In this document: positions 50,989 to 64,000 of the stretch, piece by piece
Layout: each line of letters starts with the position of its first letter
How positions within the stretch are numbered: the stretch's first letter is position 1
Origin: Tubiluchus corallicola
Lineage: Eukaryota > Animalia > Priapulida
NCBI GenBank assembly: GCA_030141605.1
Contig: JAQGDQ010000131.1
Coordinates: 62,001-126,000 of the forward strand
Reading direction: 5' to 3'
Length of the DNA: 64,000 nt
Made by a program: the position numbers and the translations under genes
The notes under the pieces: model-generated
Seen by the model: the letters and a program-made list of their open reading frames with translations, nothing else
Told to the model about the DNA's origin: nothing
Database searches by the model: none

Positions 50989-53900
50989 GTAGGTGTGTTA
51001 TTAAACTTTTCTGAAAATTTAGCCAAATTAATACCTTTTTGGTTCGAAAATCTGTTTATTTGTGCCTTAACGTGATGTACGGTAAAATGACAAAATATGT
51101 TTGCATGATTTTTGTTGCCAGCTTGTCTACGTCTTTCAATAATTATTGGTGAATGTTTGTAAGTATTTTGATAGGCCTACCCGTACCGGTAACCGGCGTG
51201 GGTTTCCTTGCAAAAGTACGTTTTGGTGTGCGAGTGTGTGTGTGCTTGAAGCATAGACTTGTAGTCAAGTTATACTGTTAACCTGTATTTAATAAATGCA
51301 GTTATAAAATATTAATTATATTAGAAAAATATGAAGTTCCCTAAAAAAAATTTAATACACGTTTGTTGTTAATATTTAGTGATTATTGTGATTGTGCGTT
51401 GTAACTTATATGAATCAATTATTGTACCAATGATAATCATAACTGGGTGACTCATAATTATGTGTGAAGTTACATAATTGTTATAATTATATTGTATAGA
51501 CATTGACAGTAATATCAGAGCTGTCAATCCTTTGCTGTTGTGATTGTATGATGTACAGTACAGCTTGCAAACAATCAAAACCTGATAACATGCGTTATTT
51601 AACACGGCACGTGAGGTCTGTTCAGTGTCAGAGACTCAGCCTTGTTTAGTAGGCATTATGTCAAGAAGCCATTGACATTAGTTGAGACTACCGGCAGTGT
51701 ATCCCCTTGAACAGATAACGGAAGATGGTATAACAGGCTATTTTTATTCATAGTTGAATACAGCCGTTTTGTTCCTGGCAATTTTGCAGGCGGTAAATGA
51801 GATTGGCAGTATAATGAGTTTTATAACGTTATAACTCGTTGATGTAATCTATCAGAAAATGTTTTTAATAACCTAGCTGTCTCTTCAAGGAAAAACAGAA
51901 ACTGTTTCATTATAAATGTGATGACTAGTTCATTCAAGTAAGTTTCAGGAGATATAGTCATTTAGAAATTGGCTTCATTTGCTGGAACTTTAAAAATTGT
52001 CATGGTACCTGTAATGGAATGTCTAAATAACTGGTCTGAGTAGCTGTTGCATTGTGGCTGTGGTTAGGGGTAATGTAGTTAGTGTTAGACTTAAGATTTT
52101 GTTTTAAATTGGGCATAGTAAATCTGATGCATAATGATCCTGTACACTTGCTTAGCAAAAAAATTTTTGTTTCTTTATGTTACAAATATTTTTACTCATT
52201 TCTATAACCATATCAATGTGGCTTAAAAGTAACCACATTTGCAGACAGTTACAATTAGAGGACAGCAGGTGAATTTTAACGTGTATATTACCAAGCTACA
52301 ACGACTGGCAATTTCTTAACATTCTAAATAGTAACACGTGTGTTGGAAACTTCGAGTAGAAATTCGTTCCCATGGCAAATATTATGGTCTTACTGTCAGC
52401 AAAATTAATTTTCAATCTGAAATGCCAAAGGTACATTTTTGAGACGCTGTCGATGGATGATGCGTGACAGCATTATGGAGCAAGCGCACTTATTTTTGGC
52501 TTTTTGATAATGCAGTTTAAGCTTGTCAAATTTAGTGGTTTTCTAGTTGTTTTTAAAACTATATCACAAACTATTAGTTTAATGTGTAAACATCAATTTG
52601 TCCAACTTTTTTGCTTCAACTCAGTTTTAACTATTTGAGTTCTATCAACAACAGCCCTGTTTGGACTAGATCTTTTCACAGCAATTCTATTGCTGTTGGC
52701 ATATACTGTAGGAAAACATCTGTGAGAGCCTCTATCGCCACTGCGAAAAAATGTGCAAATTGCGGTAGGGAGAATCACTGTAAGATCGCCCGTGAAAATG
52801 ATAAAAACGTCACCAGTGATTCATCTCACTATGGATGGTCCCTAGTGATTACACTCGAATGATTGTGAGGGCGACATTCACTTTTGCTGAGTGTCAGAAA
52901 CATGGCGATAATCGTAACAAGAAAAAATCTAATCAAAACACGCATTTCTATAGACGGTTAAAAGCAGGTGATTGTCTAGTTCTCACTAAGTGCTGTATTC
53001 TTGCTACTTGCAACCTCGTGTACATGTATTCCTAAAGCACTTATGGTATAGTACGTATTAGTGCAGTAGATATAGTTGTTGATGGGCAGTTTACATTTAA
53101 TTACTTGGGGTCCGTGATGATGTGCACACATACTAACACAGTTACATGCTGAAGTCAAAAAACTTTGCGTGTCACTGCACAAGTCACTAAAAATTAATTT
53201 GGTACTATCCTACAAGAAAATTTCACACTGTTATGCAAAGATTAATTAGCTAAATAAGTGTTTTGAGTATCATCTTGAGGTCAGGAGCATAACACACGCT
53301 TGTAAAAATTCACAATTGTGTTGACCTAATAATATTACACAGTCTTCTATATTGCCACAAATGCTATTCAATACTATTATGCAATATAATTACTCATTAT
53401 TTTGTGCCTGTGTATGCATTCTTAGGTTTAACAATATACAAATAGCATTAAAAATTATACATTTCAAGAAAATATATAGAACTTGTCTTTTTATAGTAAT
53501 ATTTGCTTAGCAACATGGTTTATTTTGATGTGTATATGCAGTAATAGTGCAACAGAATCCTATGAAATTGCAGAGGTTATGCATACATGTGAAATTTAGT
53601 AAAAGGTTTGGATTTTCCTAGCACATGATTTTCGTGAGTTTTGCAGGAATAAGTATTTGAAGGAGGTGTGTTTGTTGTCTGTGCGAATTCTTAGGCATTT
53701 TATTGAAAACTTAAGACGATCTTATTTTTTTATGAGAACATGTGCTATTTTACTTCTACGTAGATTTGTGCCACAACTTGTGCCCACAGGTAATAGGTAA
53801 TGTCTTCTACTGGTATACCGCCATACATATTCTATTTTATTGTGCATTAAATTGCTAGCTGTACTATCTCATGCAGTCTGTGTAAAGAGACCACTGGCAT

Positions 53901-55759
53901 TGGAATTATGTATTTTCAAATTTTCAGTTAACAAATGTATTATTAAATGACAACACGATTTGCATTATTGCCTGTTAGCTAACTTTGCCTTATGTTTAGG
54001 CAGATACAGGCTTTAGTGTGCAATGCGCACCCCGTATGCATCAATATTTAGCATTTCTATTTTTGACTGGACCTTGCTTCATGCTGCACTTGCTGCTAAG
54101 CCACTGTAAACATGGGTGAACTTTTATTTCGGTCTAGGACTCTTTGCCTAGGCCCTGGATTTGGCTGTAGAGTGGAAATTTTCATTTCTTCTATAGGACG
54201 AAATGATTTTGATATGAATGTGCTTTTTGTTTATGAGCACATGGTATTGTTATGTCTAATGTAGCATTTGCCCACTGACATATATTTTCAAGCACAGTCT
54301 CATCACTAACCACTGAGTTAAAGTAAATGGCTTTTCTTCTGTCAGCTGTTGCAATTTTTGTAACTCAAGGTCAGACACTAAAGCTTGAATTAGTACTCAA
54401 CCGACTAGTACTCAAAAGCTATATTTTCAAATTCTACGCAATCACGTGCAGCTGTATAGTTTATGATTTTTCCCATGAAAGCTAACTCCAGCTTGTTGTA
54501 CAGACAGATATGCTGTCAATTTTAATAAATTACTTAATTATCGTCACTATATTTTGTTTAAATGATTTGCGCTAATTTGTGGATTGGTTATAGGAAAAGG
54601 GGTACTATGCATCCATATATTTACATGGACAAATACTGCATATTGCATACATATTACATTATTATATGAACTTTACTGTTGAGATTGAGATTACTGAGAC
54701 TACCAACAGTTTCAAGGCAATGCAAGTTTTCTAAATTTTTAATTTAATTTTATTTTTGCCATGTTTGCTAGATTTTCATAGTTATACATTAATTAGATTT
54801 ATTCATTAGTAGTACCTTTCTGCGCAGTTTTATATTGTAGCTAATTAATGTAATTGACTTGTAACCGCAGAGTACCATACTGTCACTCCATAAATTTCTG
54901 TTCAGCCTCGGACTGTATCCCGTGTAAAAAGGGTATTTTATGACCACGTAAGATTTTTTACAAAATATACACCTTTAAAAACTGTATTGCTGAGTTGTGT
55001 TTTAGTAAGGAAAAAAATCAATTGTTTGCATTTATACAGTCAAAGAAAATTAAGTTTGATAGTATTGCCGTACGGGAACTGGGTCAGTGTAATCTTTTTG
55101 TTTGTCTAGCGGGCAGTATTTCCCCTCACACGTCAATAATTATTGAACCACGTGCAGAGTACGTGCATGTGTATCATGGACAAATATGATGCTGTTTTTT
55201 GGGGGGGGGGGGGGTGTTGTGCATACTTATAACCTTATCAAATTATCAGTATTGTCTGTTTAATAAGTATATTTATTATTTGCATTCTTTACCAGGGTAT
55301 GTGCCCTGTGGAATGAGTGGGGACATTGATTTTATTGTGCAAATGTCATAGAAACTGCGTTACAAGGGCAAATAGTTTTGAGTTGGAAGACGTTTCACGT
55401 TCTCGCGTTTCACCTTTCAATATTTAGAGGTCATTTGCGACCACATGTTGTGTGGTGTATGTATAAACATATTAGAAGCTTTCTCTGTCTTTGATATATT
55501 GTCCCATATACTCCAATGGTTTGCAGTATCTTTTGAGTATTAGTAATGCTTTGCCTAGACATGAAAATGATGCTATATTTATTATAACATGCTTTCTGCT
55601 TCTACTAAAATGTAATTTGTAATTGTTAGTTTTTCAAAACCTTGTACTGGCTGTGTAACAGATGTCATTCAGCAGTAATCATCCTGAACATTTGTTCATT
55701 CCAGCTTTCAGTATTCATCTGTGCACTGACCTTCCTTGCAAACCTTTTCGTCTTACAAT

Positions 55760-60501
<4,742 letters not shown>

Positions 60502-60665
60502 AGCCAAGTCAGCGCCTTGTCGCATCTCTAACAAATAACTTCGGTGCACCTCCTTAACAAAGTTATTCTCTTCGTAAATATTGTACAGTAGTTAGAAACA
60601 TCACACATTCATCAAACTGTAATCAGTGTAACTGTTACAATCCTTTGTTTACCAGTTTTTTAGTG

Positions 60666-60757
60666 TGTAGTACAGTATAGAATCAGTTCTATTGCCTTGT
60701 AGTACAGTGCAGAATCAGTTCTATTGCCTTGTAGTACAGTACAGAATCAGTTCTGTT
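60666..60757. repeat. Tandem repeat, 32-bp unit x~3, in the GAPDH 3' UTR
   Basis: tgtagtacagt..agaatcagttctattgcct at 60666, 60698 and 60730. Confidence 0.9.
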
Positions 60758-62262
60758 GTCAGACCTGCTAATTTGACCTCTTGTATGATCTCCATTTATC
60801 TCTGACAGTGCAAAATGCTAAGTAATAGCAGATCGCATTTAGCAATATTGAGTGTGGTTATTGTACTAGTTTTTCAGTTAATCTGTTTGTTCTTCAAATG
60901 AAAAGTTACGTATGATTGTTATTAATGTAAAACTGAACGTTCCATTGTTTCTGACAGCTCAAAATAATGTAATTAAGTTATGAGGTGTTTATAACTGTTA
61001 ATTAAATTAATTTTGGAATCTAGTTAGTTTGTTTTCCCAGTGAACAGCACAGTGAATAGATAGCCGAGTTTCCTATTGTTACGCTCGTGCACTTTGATGA
61101 TGTTTGCTTGTTAAAGTTTGCTTTCTGTCTTAATAAATATGTTACACAACAAAAATAACTTTCATTTGTTTTGTGTTTCAATAAATTTCAGGGATTTCTG
61201 AGTGTTTTTCATGGTACTTCACTAATACTTGACCTCACAAACCTTCAGCACTTTCAAATAATAAACAGTTAATTTTTAAGCTTCATGCCAAAATGAGATT
61301 TTCCACAGAAGAATTTTCTGGGTTCAGGGTTATTAAGAGCACCTGTTGCTGTCTAATGAATTAAGGGTTTTGTTATATTCTGGCGAGTGCTGCTGTAGCC
61401 TGCATCACTTATTCAAGAGTTTCTTCAGGCTACTTGCATCTGCTGCACAACCAAACTCTTAATGATAAGTCAGTTAGATGATTAACAAACAATCTTCTGA
61501 GCCAAGACGTGCTGCTGCTGACAGAGAAATGATAGATTAGTGATCGTTGAATGGAGATGATTTTATTTATTCAGCCGGAAGTTAAATGGCAACAAACCAC
61601 GTAAGGTAACAAGAATGACAAAATGTAACAAATTCAAATTATCCAAGCAAACCCCATGCAAATACAGAAGCTCTATCAATGTTACACTCAGTACAAGGAA
61701 TAACCGGTACAAATTTACAGCTGTCTGTATGACTCAGAAATGCACACCAACCAAAAGGCTGTTTATGCAGTTCGCAGGAAATAATTATAGCACGAAGATG
61801 CTGCATTATTTTTAGCCAAGGCTTCAGCACCAGTATCTGGCCCTGGCTAATCATAGCTTCACACATTACTGAGCAAACTTTTCTAAAGTTAGACCAGTTG
61901 TTTCTTATGTACACCTCTTCTGGTATTTTCTAGGAAATTTAGTTTCTAGTAAGCTTACGAGTATACCAATTCATCAATTTTTCATTAGTACCAATAGTTA
62001 ATGCGATACACATACCTGGCACCAGTTTCACAAAGCTGTCATTAAGTCAACGACGTAATTATCAGTTTAATGATTGTAATAACAACACAGTTAACTTAAC
62101 GATAGCTTTGTGACACTGGCTTAGAAATACATGTATTACACAAGTTATTACTTAGCACCCCTTACAATATCTTGGCTACAACACTTCTTGCTAGATTATA
62201 GCTTGAATAAATGAGAGTAAATGTTTAGAAAGTTTATATTACCAACAATGAACAGCTACCAC

Positions 62263-62557
62263 TGGGGGTGAGCATCCTCTCTATCAAAAGCGAATTTGAA
62301 TCAAACCAAATTTCAAGGTTACGAATGGAATTCGAATTCAATTTTAAAGATTTTCGAATCATTAATAAAAAGTAGTTCTCGCAAAGATCATGCGTATTGC
62401 TTGATTTTGTTCTGCAGTAAAAACACTAATAATTTGTTTAAAATTGAATACAGAAATCACTCTAAATTGTGCTGTTTGCATGCTGTTTCAAGAATTTTAA
62501 TGATAAAGAACGTGTAGTTGAAATGGTTCGAATTCGAATGTTCGATGCTCACCCCTT
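62263..62557. mobile_element. hAT-like MITE downstream of the TPI1 stop
   Basis: TIR ggggtgagcatc / gatgctcacccc with multiple subterminal ttcgaat motifs. No TSD seen. Confidence 0.7.
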
Positions 62558-62829
62558 GTTCGATATATACATGTCCTTGTGAACAGTTTATAATCTGTGG
62601 GATTTTAAAGCAATTCCTCAAAGATATTTGCTTCATTTTCACTTAGATGTTGCTGATAGCTTGGCTACTAACAATCCCACATTGTTTCAGAAGACTACAT
62701 AGATTGAAACAAACAATTGCTAAATGCAATATTGATGATCAGTTAATGATAATGAATTTTATACTATTTTTAACTACAAAGAAGCTACCTACAGTCCACG
62801 AACAAATCTGTTTTAAATGCTTGAATTGT

Positions 62830-63833
<1,004 letters not shown>

Positions 63834-64000
63834 CTAAAAATAAAAATGGTCAGCAAGTTTGTAAGCAAATATGATGAGTTAAAGCAATAATATTTTATGA
63901 GAAAAAATAGAATGAACAATAGACAACAGCAAGGAATATGCAAACTTTCGCACACATATCATACATTGCAAAAGAGACAAGAATAAACTAATAATCTTAG

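Noticed and set aside
52835-53035. N-terminal coding extension of GAPDH
   Set aside because: The phase-1 donor does not give an in-frame join to the GAPDH ATG exon or the next exon, and an in-frame TGA precedes ATG 55760.

Overview
AT-rich, intron-rich animal genomic DNA, probably lophotrochozoan (inferred from the mollusc-type C-terminal motif of the p53-family protein). I traced five spliced genes exon by exon with GT-AG sites and consistent reading phase: TPRG1/TPRG1L (+, 270-10295), a p53/p63/p73-family gene (+, 14965-31659), EXOSC10/RRP6 (-, 34102-50871), GAPDH (+, 55760-60501) and the last two exons of TPI1 (-, 62830-63833, continuing past the window). The introns hold decayed LINEs, piggyBac/hAT/pogo-type MITEs, tRNA-derived SINEs and short tandem repeats. 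Most notable is the p53-family locus. It has a perfect 22-bp palindromic p63-type response element just upstream of a candidate in-phase internal first exon (a possible DeltaN autoregulatory loop). It also has an alternative terminal exon that would give a SAM-less isoform with an AT-hook-like basic tail. The gene order resembles the vertebrate 1p36/3q28/12p13/17p13 paralogon, with GAPDH and TPI directly tail-to-tail. All isoform and regulatory calls are sequence-based inference, with no transcript data.
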